From IMG/VR virus record IMGVR_UViG_3300045988_077137: a DNA stretch of 64,000 nucleotides. One strand, written 5' to 3'. The stretch comes from a virus. The notes under the pieces were generated by a model. The model did not search any database, was not told the origin of the DNA, and saw only the letters and a program-made list of their open reading frames with translations. Below are positions 26,283-35,010 of this stretch, in pieces (the stretch's first letter is position 1; every line of letters starts with the position of its first letter). Position numbers and translations under genes: made by a program.

Positions 26283-26951
26283 TTATTTAGTTCCCAGAGC
26301 CTTGTTAGCACGCTCGATTTTACGCTTGAGGGAAGCGATACGGTGGCGGATAGCCTTGGCGTCTTCCTTTGACAGTTTAGCGAACTCCTCAGCATTAGCA
26401 ACCAAAGCCTCTTTCTCAGCAAGTTCAGCGGAGTAGGTAGAGAGGCGAGCCTCAGCGTCACCAACACGGGGAGCAGACTTCTTTTCGCCCTCTACAGAGG
26501 CTTTCTTTTCCTGTTTGGGAGCCTTGTCAGCCTTTTCCTTCTTATTGGCTTTAGAGGCTTCTTTGACTTCCTCTTCGCTCTTTAACGGCTGGGCTGGCTT
26601 GATGAGTTCCTTGGTATTCTTTTCGATTTCAGCCTGACGACGACGTTCTTCACGTTCTTTCTTTTCTTCTTCACGGTGACGAGCCTCAATAGCAGCATCG
26701 CGGAGGTCAGTATAAAGGATGTAGAAGCGTCCATAAGCGTCGAACAGTTCTTTCTTGCTGTTGGCTTCGGTGTACTCCTGAGGTGAAAACAGGCTGTTAA
26801 GACCTTTGATAGCAGCACAGATGTCATTGATAGCAGCGACCATGTTAGGTTTGCTGATGTACTTCATTGCCTTCTTTTCGTTAAGCATATCTTCGTTAAT
26901 TACGAAAGAGGTTACATTCTCGGAAGCGATGTTGTTTACAGTTGTCTTCAT
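26283..26951 (-). CDS. Lys/Glu-rich hypothetical protein
   Basis: The listed ORF starts at 26978 inside the conserved TGTCAAA part of the cassette. ATG at 26951 (MKTTVNN) fits the pattern of the other cassette-driven genes. Confidence 0.55.
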   Translation of the reverse strand: MKTTVNNIASENVTSFVINEDMLNEKKAMKYISKPNMVAAINDICAAIKGLNSLFSPQEYTEANSKKELFDAYGRFYILYTDLRDAAIEARHREEEKKEREERRRQAEIEKNTKELIKPAQPLKSEEEVKEASKANKKEKADKAPKQEKKASVEGEKKSAPRVGDAEARLSTYSAELAEKEALVANAEEFAKLSKEDAKAIRHRIASLKRKIERANKALGTK

Positions 26952-26988
26952 AATTCTAATTTTTAATTTGTTTGACATTGTTGATTTA

Positions 26989-27059
26989 ATTTGACATTAC
27001 AAAGATAGTGCTTTCTATTGAATCAGCAAAGAAATTATCCGGAAATCTTCAAAGAATTT
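26989..27059 (-). promoter_or_regulatory. Promoter cassette copy E
   Basis: -7 box TATCTTTG (27000-27007), with a TTTG 19 nt upstream. Confidence 0.65.
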
Positions 27060-27371
27060 TCAAGATTTTTCTGGTTTCGTCGGTTTAGTCCATTGTAGAG
27101 TCTCCTGTTTGAACTGAGCATTATAGCGAACTTCCCTGAACGGATGTCCTTTTGCCAGTAGTTCAATGGTCTCCTCAAGGAACTTCTTCGGAATACCTAT
27201 ATGAGTGTCATCAATAGGAGTGACCACACGCTTCGGCAGCCACCTCCCAAAGTAATACTCTTTTCCTTCCCAGCACACAGGGTGTCCGGGGTTCTTAACT
27301 ATCCAGAACGTCACACGATACTGAACAGCCTTTTCGGTCTCACCGATTTTCTCAACTGTTAGTGTTCTCAT
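27060..27371 (-). CDS. Hypothetical protein
   Basis: 103-aa ORF. Confidence 0.5.
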   Translation of the reverse strand: MRTLTVEKIGETEKAVQYRVTFWIVKNPGHPVCWEGKEYYFGRWLPKRVVTPIDDTHIGIPKKFLEETIELLAKGHPFREVRYNAQFKQETLQWTKPTKPEKS

Positions 27372-27606
27372 CCCTTATTCCATTTAAGAATACGTATCCA
27401 ACCTTGCTTGGCTTGTAAGCCATTTGAGCGTGTGGACGCTCACCTATCCATCCACCGATAGTGGTAAGGACTTGCCAATCAGAACTCCACACGCTTCCGT
27501 CATTCATTTCTTCGAGTTTATTGAATATCTTAATACAGTCCTCAGCATTCTTTCTGTGCTCCTCTACCTGTAATTGCTTCTGGAGCCTGTCGTATATCTT
27601 TCCCAT
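27352..27606 (-). CDS. Hypothetical protein
   Basis: 84-aa ORF. Confidence 0.5.
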   Translation of the reverse strand: MGKIYDRLQKQLQVEEHRKNAEDCIKIFNKLEEMNDGSVWSSDWQVLTTIGGWIGERPHAQMAYKPSKVGYVFLNGIRDENTNS

Positions 27607-27630
27607 ATTTCTTATTATTGATTTGTACTG

Positions 27631-27828
27631 TTATCCCCATATCACATAGTTCAGGAAACGAACCACACCGTCCCACCACTCAAGGAATATCTTCATTCCC
27701 CACAGGAATAGGAAGACGAACACGGCTATCCAAAACCGCTGCCACCATACCCTGTACTTCTTTACTAACTTCTTTCTTCCGAAGCGTCCCCAGAAGAACT
27801 CAAATACTGTCCAAATTATTCTTTCCAT
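27631..27828 (-). CDS. Small Trp-rich membrane protein
   Basis: 65-aa ORF with a central hydrophobic segment. Confidence 0.45.
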   Translation of the reverse strand: MERIIWTVFEFFWGRFGRKKLVKKYRVWWQRFWIAVFVFLFLWGMKIFLEWWDGVVRFLNYVIWG

Positions 27829-27834
27829 GATGCC

Positions 27835-28122
27835 TTATAGTGTTATATTGTTTTCAACGGCTGCAACAGCCAATATCCATGATTGCTTGTCACTGATGAA
27901 CGCAACTTTCTTCCCGTAGGGGTTCATCGTCTTGTCGACTGTTTCGGCTATCTTAGCAGCGAAGCCATCTGTCGCCTGTACTTTACTGATGAACTGTCCG
28001 AGAGTATTGAAAGCGATGTCGAAATAGGAGTTGTTATTCCAGCGGTCAGTTCCCGCCATATCCTTGATTTCATTCGCTAACTTCTGAGCCTGTTTATACT
28101 GTTCTGAACCTTTCTGTAACAT
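27835..28122 (-). CDS. Hypothetical protein (start trimmed)
   Basis: The listed start at 28158 lies inside the -7 box of cassette F. The next ATG at 28122 (MLQKGSEQ) is 34 nt below the box. Confidence 0.5.
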   Translation of the reverse strand: MLQKGSEQYKQAQKLANEIKDMAGTDRWNNNSYFDIAFNTLGQFISKVQATDGFAAKIAETVDKTMNPYGKKVAFISDKQSWILAVAAVENNITL

Positions 28123-28145
28123 AGTTTGTTTCCTCCTTTGATTTA

Positions 28146-28222
28146 ATTGACTGAGCAAATGTACTGGGTTCTATCGACATATCAAAGAAATCCCGGAAGA
28201 AATTCCGGGATATCCTCAAGAT
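28146..28222 (-). promoter_or_regulatory. Promoter cassette copy F
   Basis: -7 box TACATTTG (28156-28163). Palindrome TCCCGGAAGAAATTCCGGGA. Confidence 0.65.
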
Positions 28223-29002
28223 TTATTTCTTTACCTGTTTAAGATTGGCTATATAGCGAGCGTGAAGGCATTGTATATTATAGCCACCAGCCAGGATACA
28301 ACTCGTTTTGAAGATGTATCGAGCGTCTTCAGTACGTATCACCCACTCGCCTACATAGTTTCCCTGCTGACCTCTAAAAGAGATGAGGTCGAACGATTGT
28401 ATCTTGTCTTTGATAGGAGTGAGTTTCTTCTCTACCTGTAATTTCAGTTTCGCAGTAGCCTGTTCGATTGTGAGCCGTACCTCTTGGTCACGCTTTGCGT
28501 AGAACTTCTCACGAGACTCGCAGTAGAAGTGAATGCTCAGAACTCCTGAAGCCTGTATTTCCTTATTACGAATGTATTCCGGCTGGCGGTCGTAACGTAC
28601 TCCAGGAGTGTGTACTATTTCGTCCTCATGAGTGTAACCGCATAGACTGTAATAGGTACGACGGACAGCGGTTTGGTAGATGTGATTGAGTGAGCGAGGG
28701 AAGGACTCTTCATTCTTTTCGAGTTGTTTCGTAGCCTCAGCCACAGCGTCCTCGCGAGATTGATGTTGGCTTACATATTCGCCTGACAGGATTTTCTCGT
28801 ACAGGTTTTTATAAGAAGCATAATCACGAATGACTCTTGAGATATTGTTAGCGTACCATTTAGAAGACTGACAGGTTCTTTTCGCTTCCTCGTTACGTTC
28901 CCAACCCTGTTCCCAGAACTTTTCGATAGAGGCTTGGAGTTCGTCAAGTGTCACTTGAGCCGTGGCGAGAACCTCTTGTTGGATTTGACTAATTGTTTTC
29001 AT
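28223..29002 (-). CDS. Hypothetical protein (start trimmed)
   Basis: The listed start at 29044 is upstream of the -7 box. ATG at 29002 (MKTISQ) is 30 nt below it. Confidence 0.55.
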   Translation of the reverse strand: MKTISQIQQEVLATAQVTLDELQASIEKFWEQGWERNEEAKRTCQSSKWYANNISRVIRDYASYKNLYEKILSGEYVSQHQSREDAVAEATKQLEKNEESFPRSLNHIYQTAVRRTYYSLCGYTHEDEIVHTPGVRYDRQPEYIRNKEIQASGVLSIHFYCESREKFYAKRDQEVRLTIEQATAKLKLQVEKKLTPIKDKIQSFDLISFRGQQGNYVGEWVIRTEDARYIFKTSCILAGGYNIQCLHARYIANLKQVKK

Positions 29003-29020
29003 ACTGTTTACTTCTTTATT

Positions 29021-29098
29021 GATTGACAGTACAAATATAGTCATTCCGAATGACTCAGCAATGAACCATCCGGAATTTTCTTGAGAAATTCTTCGATT
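29021..29098 (-). promoter_or_regulatory. Promoter cassette copy G
   Basis: -7 box TATATTTG (29032-29039). Confidence 0.6.
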
Positions 29099-29105
29099 AT
29101 TCTTC

Positions 29106-29576
29106 TTAGAAGTTGTATGAGATGTCCATCAGCACACGACCTGTTTCCTTTCCATCTCTTACTTCGAGGCTGAACGGGTTGACTGAACAGCGGAGTTCGT
29201 TTACAGGATTCTGAAGAGCAGCCTGTACCGCTTCACAAATCTTTTCGGCTTTGCTATCGAGACGGCTTTCGTTCTTACCAGCACCACGTGAAGTATAGCC
29301 ACGGAACTGAATGAACTTGAACTTTCCGTCAGACATGAGGTGAAGACTGAGGCGACCACGATGAGAGGCTTTCTCTTTGTCAGGACGGTTCATAGTGAAC
29401 GAGTCGATTGTCAGGTGTAACTTCGCTAATACAGGTTCCAAGTCATTGATGATTTGTTGAGCGACGGCTCCATTAGAAGCAAACTCCTGTAACATACGAT
29501 TGAGGTTCATCATCTCTTTTTCTATTTCTGAACTGTACTGTTTGAAGTTTTCGTTAAAATCTTGTGACGTTTTCAT
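29106..29576 (-). CDS. Hypothetical protein (start trimmed)
   Basis: ATG at 29576 (MKTSQDF). The listed ATG at 29603 falls in the conserved ATGTCAAA cassette motif. Confidence 0.5.
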   Translation of the reverse strand: MKTSQDFNENFKQYSSEIEKEMMNLNRMLQEFASNGAVAQQIINDLEPVLAKLHLTIDSFTMNRPDKEKASHRGRLSLHLMSDGKFKFIQFRGYTSRGAGKNESRLDSKAEKICEAVQAALQNPVNELRCSVNPFSLEVRDGKETGRVLMDISYNF

Positions 29577-29610
29577 ATCCTTATTTGTTTTAATATTTGA
29601 CATTTGATTT

Positions 29611-29690
29611 ACTTTGATGTTACAAAGGTAGTGGATTCTGATGAGTCTTCAAAGAAATTATCCAACTTTCTTCAGATTTTCCTCAGATTT
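29611..29690 (-). promoter_or_regulatory. Promoter cassette copy H
   Basis: -7 box TACCTTTG (29623-29630). Confidence 0.6.
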
Positions 29691-29699
29691 AACTTTTCG

Positions 29700-30330
29700 A
29701 AACAGTCATTTCGCCCATAACTCGCTGTGGGGTGACCATGTTAGGGTGATGACAACTCCCCATGACGGACGCTGTTACTTCTGTACCGAATTTCCCGGAG
29801 TAGATGCAACCAATTATCCGTGTCTTGGTGGAGAGGTTTTTAGGATGATTTAAAGGCTATTTTCGACGCCAGCGTGTCAGTCTCGTGATAACGGATAGTG
29901 AGGCATACGATATCGTCCCAAATAACTCCCACGGAGTCCTTGGTGTGGGGTAGGAACAGTCATCGGACACGGTTCTTCGGGGTTGAGTCGCGCAGGATTC
30001 TGGCGCAGGAGAGTGTTGCAGTCCGGATTCGAAATACCCTGAACCTCCATTGACCAACCCAGCCTCAACCCAAACCACCCCATACCCCTCACCTCCTACA
30101 CCCACCATACTCCATACACCATATAGACCTATATAGGGAGGCTCTATCCCCATCAGTGATTATCACCCTCTATTCTTTTATTTGGTAGGTACGGGACATC
30201 ACCAAAGTCATCACCTCTCATATACCTATCTAATAGAGGCTAAAGATTATGAGGCTCAGCATTATACCATGTTGATGGTGGACGTCCCTGTTCGAGACGT
30301 CCAGAGGGATGTAACAAGCCACCACCCGTG
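29700..30330. other. GC-rich region with no convincing ORF (candidate structured RNA or foreign fragment)
   Basis: No convincing ORF on either strand. Composition is locally atypical: 35 G+C in 29941-30000 against 19 in 29521-29580. A strand-asymmetric C-run block lies at 30054-30107. Confidence 0.4.
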
Positions 30331-30396
30331 ACTCATCACATCCCTCCACACATAATCCAGAACCCGATGTCGAATATCGAACACCGCTCCCTGAAT

Positions 30397-30723
30397 CTAT
30401 CGAGTCGACTGACTATCCTTCCGCATCATACTGTACTCCCGCCTCAACTGCTCCAACGTCCCTGTATTATATCGAATAGTTTCAATCAACCTCTGCACAT
30501 CTTCATACCGTTCATCAGCCAACGCCTCACGACGAGCCGTTTCGAGCACACCAAGATACGAGCACAGCACAGGTATCTCAGCCTCTAATATCTTCTGATA
30601 CAATATGGATTGATTTCCGTACACGTAATCAATTTTCTTACTGAGCAACGTGTATCCCCATACCGACAGCACAATGACAGCCGTCAGCAGTACGCACAAT
30701 ATAATGAGAAGCACTATCATCAC
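30397..30723 (-). CDS. Membrane-anchored hypothetical protein
   Basis: 108 aa. The N-terminal MMIVLLIILCVLLTAVIVLSVWGY is a TM segment. Confidence 0.55.
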   Translation of the reverse strand: MMIVLLIILCVLLTAVIVLSVWGYTLLSKKIDYVYGNQSILYQKILEAEIPVLCSYLGVLETARREALADERYEDVQRLIETIRYNTGTLEQLRREYSMMRKDSQSTR

Positions 30724-31262
30724 TCACCTCCTAATACAAACCAATCCTTTGCAAACATATCAACCCAGTCCGGAACGTAGTTCGTTGCACCGTTACCATC
30801 CCCAGCCTGTTCTACCAACAAACATTGTGAACGGTAACTGATACTTCCCACGCCAAACGCATTCAGCAAGTTCTTTGCATGCTGGGGAAGCGACTGCATC
30901 TTAGGAACAACCTCAGCCGGAATGTCACTGTCGATTTGCTTTACCACGAAACAGGTAGTTATCCACCCCTTACGAGCAACACACTTACCAGCCTCCAGAG
31001 CCTGTAATGCCTCACCGAAGGACATATTCTGACCCGTGTAATTAGGATTCATCACATCTTCTGACGTGATACCCAACATCTCCATTCGCTCCCAAAGTTT
31101 ACGGCTATACTCTTCCATAGCCACTTGCTGCCCACCCATGACAGCCATCATCTTCTCTGAGAGTTCTACTCCGTTAGGATTTTTGAGGAAGTTGCTTAAC
31201 TTCCCAATCCGTTCATTCAGTTCATTATACTCCTGAATGAGTCTTACTTTAAATGCTTCCAT
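30720..31262 (-). CDS. Fusion of a crAss001_48-like N-terminal helix domain and a DUF2829 (Tad2-like) domain
   Basis: 180 aa. The N-terminus MEAFKVRLIQEYNELNERIGKLSNFL is a coiled helix. MSFGEALQALEAGKCVARKGW...VPDWVDMFAKDWFVL matches the DUF2829 pattern (FGEAl.alk.Gk.vaR.gW ... W.ps..D.la.DW). Confidence 0.55.
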   Translation of the reverse strand: MEAFKVRLIQEYNELNERIGKLSNFLKNPNGVELSEKMMAVMGGQQVAMEEYSRKLWERMEMLGITSEDVMNPNYTGQNMSFGEALQALEAGKCVARKGWITTCFVVKQIDSDIPAEVVPKMQSLPQHAKNLLNAFGVGSISYRSQCLLVEQAGDGNGATNYVPDWVDMFAKDWFVLGGE

Positions 31263-31265
31263 AAT

Positions 31266-31679
31266 CTACTTTATAAAATCTTGATTGTTATCTAACCATT
31301 GCTGAATGGTGTCCACCAATTCCTTTGTCTCCTTTCCATTGAGCCACACCCGTGTGACCATGATGCTATGCTCATAGATGTTATACGACAGCCGTATAGA
31401 ACCGTTCTCAATTGAATGTCCGTTCACATTGAAACGGATATCAACCTCGCTCAATTCTTCAAGACATTCGTGGAAGTCCATAGCCTGTGATGGTGTGAGT
31501 TCAATAGCCTCATCAGGCTCGTACAGGCTCCAGCCCACAACCAATGAACATTCAACATTCTTCGCCTCAAGTTCTTCTTTGAGTTGAGCAGGGTTCAGTC
31601 TTCCCTCGAACCCCAACAGGGTTTTCGTCAGCACTATGCCTCTGAAATTCTTGTACATTACATGGATATTCCTTCTCAT
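31266..31679 (-). CDS. Hypothetical protein
   Basis: 137-aa ORF. Confidence 0.5.
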   Translation of the reverse strand: MRRNIHVMYKNFRGIVLTKTLLGFEGRLNPAQLKEELEAKNVECSLVVGWSLYEPDEAIELTPSQAMDFHECLEELSEVDIRFNVNGHSIENGSIRLSYNIYEHSIMVTRVWLNGKETKELVDTIQQWLDNNQDFIK

Positions 31680-31885
31680 ATTTCCTTTCCGAATTGTTTA
31701 AGTTCTTCAATTATTCTATCCCGATGTTCCTGCTTGATATCACGGGTTCTTCCTATCCGTTCCGATTTCAGTATTTCAAGCCTACCATCCTCGTGAACCT
31801 TTGCTGTGGTCTTTACTGCGATATCGTTACCGTAACCAAAGTCCACACCAATGATGATGTCATTGTTCTGAGCGAAGTGTATCAT
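31676..31885 (-). CDS. Hypothetical protein
   Basis: 69-aa ORF with 4-nt overlaps. Confidence 0.45.
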   Translation of the reverse strand: MIHFAQNNDIIIGVDFGYGNDIAVKTTAKVHEDGRLEILKSERIGRTRDIKQEHRDRIIEELKQFGKEI

Positions 31886-32064
31886 GGTATTATTCCCAAG
31901 TTAGGTTCATTCTCGTGTTCCTTGATATACGCTTGACATTCTTCGAGCGTTCCATAGAAGCGATAATATTCGTCAGGCGAACAGCCTATCGAAGTATCTA
32001 TTACTGCATGAGTCTTTTCCTTTTCCATGACCTTTACTTTGTTTGGGTTGAACCACTTATCCAC
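31882..32064 (-). CDS. Hypothetical protein
   Basis: 60-aa ORF. Confidence 0.4.
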   Translation of the reverse strand: MDKWFNPNKVKVMEKEKTHAVIDTSIGCSPDEYYRFYGTLEECQAYIKEHENEPNLGIIP

Positions 32065-32184
32065 CAGTCTGGGATATAATCATAACTATTCATAATCTTC
32101 TTTCGTTTTTAATTTAGGGAATGAGACGTCTAACAGTCGTTCTAAGAAACTTTCCTATCCTGTGCTGACATCTCATTCGGTTTA

Positions 32185-32538
32185 CTAATTACTTTCGCTT
32201 ACAGAAAGCAAGAACACCTTATCAAAGTTCTTGATGACTGACATTGACGTGACGTCGCTGTCCACCATAACTTTACCGTTTTTGATTTCCTTTACTGTAT
32301 AGAGAGTCCCGTACACGTTCTTCACTGTCTTGAACCTGTCACCAACCCTCAACTCTTCCAACTTGGCTTCTTTATACTCTGTGCCATCGCCAAGACACAG
32401 AACTTCCTGGTCTTTGCTGTTTACCCGTACACAGTGAGGACAGGCATGACAGGCTGAACTCCCTATCTTGCAGCCTCCGTGAATGTTGCAGTCAGGCTGT
32501 AACTGGTTCCCTTCGAACCAAAACTTCATCTTTAACAT
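32185..32538 (-). CDS. Hypothetical Cys/His-rich protein
   Basis: 117-aa ORF. The CNIHGGCKIGSSACHACPHC cluster may bind metal. Confidence 0.5.
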   Translation of the reverse strand: MLKMKFWFEGNQLQPDCNIHGGCKIGSSACHACPHCVRVNSKDQEVLCLGDGTEYKEAKLEELRVGDRFKTVKNVYGTLYTVKEIKNGKVMVDSDVTSMSVIKNFDKVFLLSVSESN

Positions 32539-32539
32539 A

Positions 32540-32782
32540 TTACCAACATCTTTTAAAATTACTCAATTTCTTACCACATCTCGCGCACTTTTCATAATAT
32601 CCCGTAACATAGTGTCCTCCCTTGCGAGACTTCCCTCCTTTACGGTTCAGAATGTTCTGTTTACCACGCCAGCGTTCTTCTATGACCGTTACAGGTTGAT
32701 GACCGAACCAATCACACAGGGTCTGTCGCCATTTCCTGATTAGGGATTTTTGAATCTTCTTCCACTTCTTCATACGTTGCAT
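32540..32782 (-). CDS. Small basic protein with a C-terminal CxxC
   Basis: 80-aa ORF. Overlaps the upstream ORF by about 70 nt, so the start is uncertain. Confidence 0.4.
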   Translation of the reverse strand: MQRMKKWKKIQKSLIRKWRQTLCDWFGHQPVTVIEERWRGKQNILNRKGGKSRKGGHYVTGYYEKCARCGKKLSNFKRCW

Positions 32783-33068
32783 TGAACCGTTTCTCTGACA
32801 TTATAAATAACTCTCCCGTCTCGTCCGTGAACACCATATCCCCACGAGATACGGACTTCGTACCGCTGTCGCCTATGGCTTCGACATAACACTCTTCACG
32901 GTTCGTGAACTGTTGGTCAATATGGTAGTCGTTGGCTTTCAACTTCTCTACCACTTCGCTGAATGTATCATCGCTCAACTGAACGATGTCAAACATTCCT
33001 GAAACTTTCGCTTTAAACTTCTTTTTCATTCTTTTCTGGTTTTTGATGTTTAAAATACTTTTCGCCAA
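32712..33068 (-). CDS. Hypothetical protein
   Basis: 118-aa ORF. The internal Met (MKKKFKAK) may be the true start. Confidence 0.5.
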   Translation of the reverse strand: MAKSILNIKNQKRMKKKFKAKVSGMFDIVQLSDDTFSEVVEKLKANDYHIDQQFTNREECYVEAIGDSGTKSVSRGDMVFTDETGELFIMSEKRFNATYEEVEEDSKIPNQEMATDPV

Positions 33069-33303
33069 ATACCTTGTTTATCCCGCCACCAACCATGAAG
33101 CCACCTGCACACAATAGGAACACTCCCAATTCGTTTAAATTTGTCTTGATGTACCCGTTGGTCACGACGTCCCAAATAAGACAGAAGCACACCACTAAAC
33201 CGATAATGGCTCCTATAATTACGGACAGCAGCAAGGCAAACGATTTACTGCTGTCCAATGTCCCTGACTTAACAAGAGACCTGAAATAACTTGTCATTCT
33301 CAT
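33013..33303 (-). CDS. Two-TM membrane protein downstream of the sigma factor
   Basis: 96 aa with hydrophobic segments FALLLSVIIGAIIGLVVCFCLIW and LGVFLLCAGGFMVGGGI. Confidence 0.5.
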   Translation of the reverse strand: MRMTSYFRSLVKSGTLDSSKSFALLLSVIIGAIIGLVVCFCLIWDVVTNGYIKTNLNELGVFLLCAGGFMVGGGINKVFGEKYFKHQKPEKNEKEV

Positions 33304-33333
33304 ACCTGTATAGCGTTATGACGAACTCCTCTT

Positions 33334-33945
33334 TTATTTGTGAAGGACGTCATCGTATGCCTGCAACTCTATAAGTTCAATGAGGTCTCGCTTCGCTCTA
33401 TGCATAGCGTTCTTGACCTGTTGAAGAGTGAACCCCAGTTCATCAGCCATTTCTTCGTAGGTGAAGTCATCAAAGAACCGCATCTGAATAACCCGTCTTG
33501 ATGTCGACGGCATCTTCTGCATAACGCTCTTTACATATTCTATTCGCTGATTGAACGACAGGGATTCTTCAGGTGTACGGCTGTCGTCTATTACTTGTAA
33601 CGTAGGTCGGTCATCCTCGGTATCGTCGAACCCCTCATCAATGCTGACGATATTCACTCGGTTCTTCTTACGACAATAGTCTATCGCACAGTTCCTACCG
33701 ATACGGACTAACCACGCACTCAATTGATAGTCTGGTTGGAAGCGTTCCAACCGCTCAAAAGCCTTTTCGAATGTTTCCATTACGATGTCGGCTGTTAAAT
33801 CTTTGTCATTGATAATCTCACCAATCTGTATAGTGAGGATAACATTGTACTTCTTGAATATCGTTGTAAAGGCATCCTGGTCGCCACATAAGGCTCTTTG
33901 AACCAGACCGAAGTCCTTCTCGCGATGTGATGTTTTCTTTCTCAT
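33334..33945 (-). CDS. ECF-type sigma-70 family RNA polymerase sigma factor
   Basis: 203 aa. Region 2 is DIVMETFEKAFERLERFQPDYQLSAWLVRIGRNCAIDYCRKK. Region 4 is RRVIQMRFFDDFTYEEMADELGFTLQQVKNAMHRAKRDL. Confidence 0.85.
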   Translation of the reverse strand: MRKKTSHREKDFGLVQRALCGDQDAFTTIFKKYNVILTIQIGEIINDKDLTADIVMETFEKAFERLERFQPDYQLSAWLVRIGRNCAIDYCRKKNRVNIVSIDEGFDDTEDDRPTLQVIDDSRTPEESLSFNQRIEYVKSVMQKMPSTSRRVIQMRFFDDFTYEEMADELGFTLQQVKNAMHRAKRDLIELIELQAYDDVLHK

Positions 33946-33947
33946 GA

Positions 33948-34490
33948 TTACACCTGTTTCATCACATTCGTGAAAAATACGAATGTCGGGTATGGGCTTC
34001 CCGAATTAGCAATAATACGATGTTTCACGAACCCATTTTCTAACAGAAACTTCGCAAGACTCTTAGAGGCTTCTATATATCCGTAATTGATATCATGCGC
34101 AAGCCGTCTATCCGCCTGAAATGCTTTCTCGAATGTGTCCTGTCTATAGACCTGATGCCTCAATTCAATTTGTTGCGGAGGACAATTATGCCCAGCAATT
34201 ATTCCGGCACCAAGAAAATCCTCAACTGGACAGAACGGTAAACGATACAGTTCCGTTGGAATCATTCCTGGTATAGTGATAGCACTATCCCCGTGCCAAG
34301 CCGTGTCATGAACTTTTTTCACGAATGGCTCGATGGTTTCCTTCATGACCTTGTAATCGTCATAGAGTCCTCTACGACCATCTTCCCAGCCTTCCTTATA
34401 AACAGGCTCCAACGCTTTAACACTAAACAATAGACGGAACGCCATCTTCATACGTTCCCACACACTTCTGTTTCTTGGTTCATCTTTCAT
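33948..34490 (-). CDS. Hypothetical protein
   Basis: 180-aa ORF. Confidence 0.5.
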   Translation of the reverse strand: MKDEPRNRSVWERMKMAFRLLFSVKALEPVYKEGWEDGRRGLYDDYKVMKETIEPFVKKVHDTAWHGDSAITIPGMIPTELYRLPFCPVEDFLGAGIIAGHNCPPQQIELRHQVYRQDTFEKAFQADRRLAHDINYGYIEASKSLAKFLLENGFVKHRIIANSGSPYPTFVFFTNVMKQV

Positions 34491-34534
34491 ATCTACGAAA
34501 TTATTTGTGAGGGAGCGTGAACTCCCTCTGGTTA

Positions 34535-34849
34535 TTAGTTATCATTTCCAAACAGTTGTCGCTCAACTTTAAAGCCTCTCTTCCAAGTCTTATTCTGTCG
34601 ACCGCATACTTGATTATACGTTTCCCGGAAGAACAGGGTTAAATCATCATCCTTGACATCTTCCTTACAGAACCCGTCAAACCATGCCCAGATGTTAGGA
34701 CGGTACTCAATACCAATCTCTATTTTCATAAAGTCAGGATTAGGAACTTTATCGGTTTCCCAACGTCTGATAGTCGGGTCCCACTTGTTTACTTCGAACC
34801 GTAAACCTTTACTCTCAGCAGCCTGTTTTAATTCTATTAAAGTCTTCAT
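34535..34849 (-). CDS. Hypothetical protein (start trimmed)
   Basis: ATG at 34849 (MKTLIELK) is 31 nt below the -7 box. The listed start at 34882 lies inside the box. Confidence 0.5.
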   Translation of the reverse strand: MKTLIELKQAAESKGLRFEVNKWDPTIRRWETDKVPNPDFMKIEIGIEYRPNIWAWFDGFCKEDVKDDDLTLFFRETYNQVCGRQNKTWKRGFKVERQLFGNDN

Positions 34850-34867
34850 ATTATTCCGTTGATTTAT

Positions 34868-34950
34868 TGTTTGACGCAACAAAGTTAGTCATTCTTTTGA
34901 TATATCCAATGATTTATCCGGAATATTCTTAGATTTTCCTAAAGATTTTA
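34868..34950 (-). promoter_or_regulatory. Promoter cassette copy I
   Basis: -7 box TAACTTTG (34880-34887). A plus-strand TACCTTTG box at 34958-34965 for dps lies next to it. Confidence 0.6.
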
Positions 34951-35010
34951 TTCTTTGTACCTTTGTAATCGTTATATAACTGTTTATAAAATCTTTAATA
35001 TTAAAGGAAA

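Noticed and set aside
29857-30153. Listed 98-aa Gly/Val/Trp-rich minus-strand ORF in the GC-rich island
   Set aside because: Its composition is driven by the G-run block. It has no promoter cassette or motif, and an overlapping alternative ORF is present in another frame. I treat it as non-coding until shown otherwise.
32540-33068. Roughly 70-nt overlap of two minus-strand ORFs, considered as a programmed frameshift site
   Set aside because: I found no slippery heptamer or downstream structure in the overlap. A simple overlap or a mis-set start is more likely.
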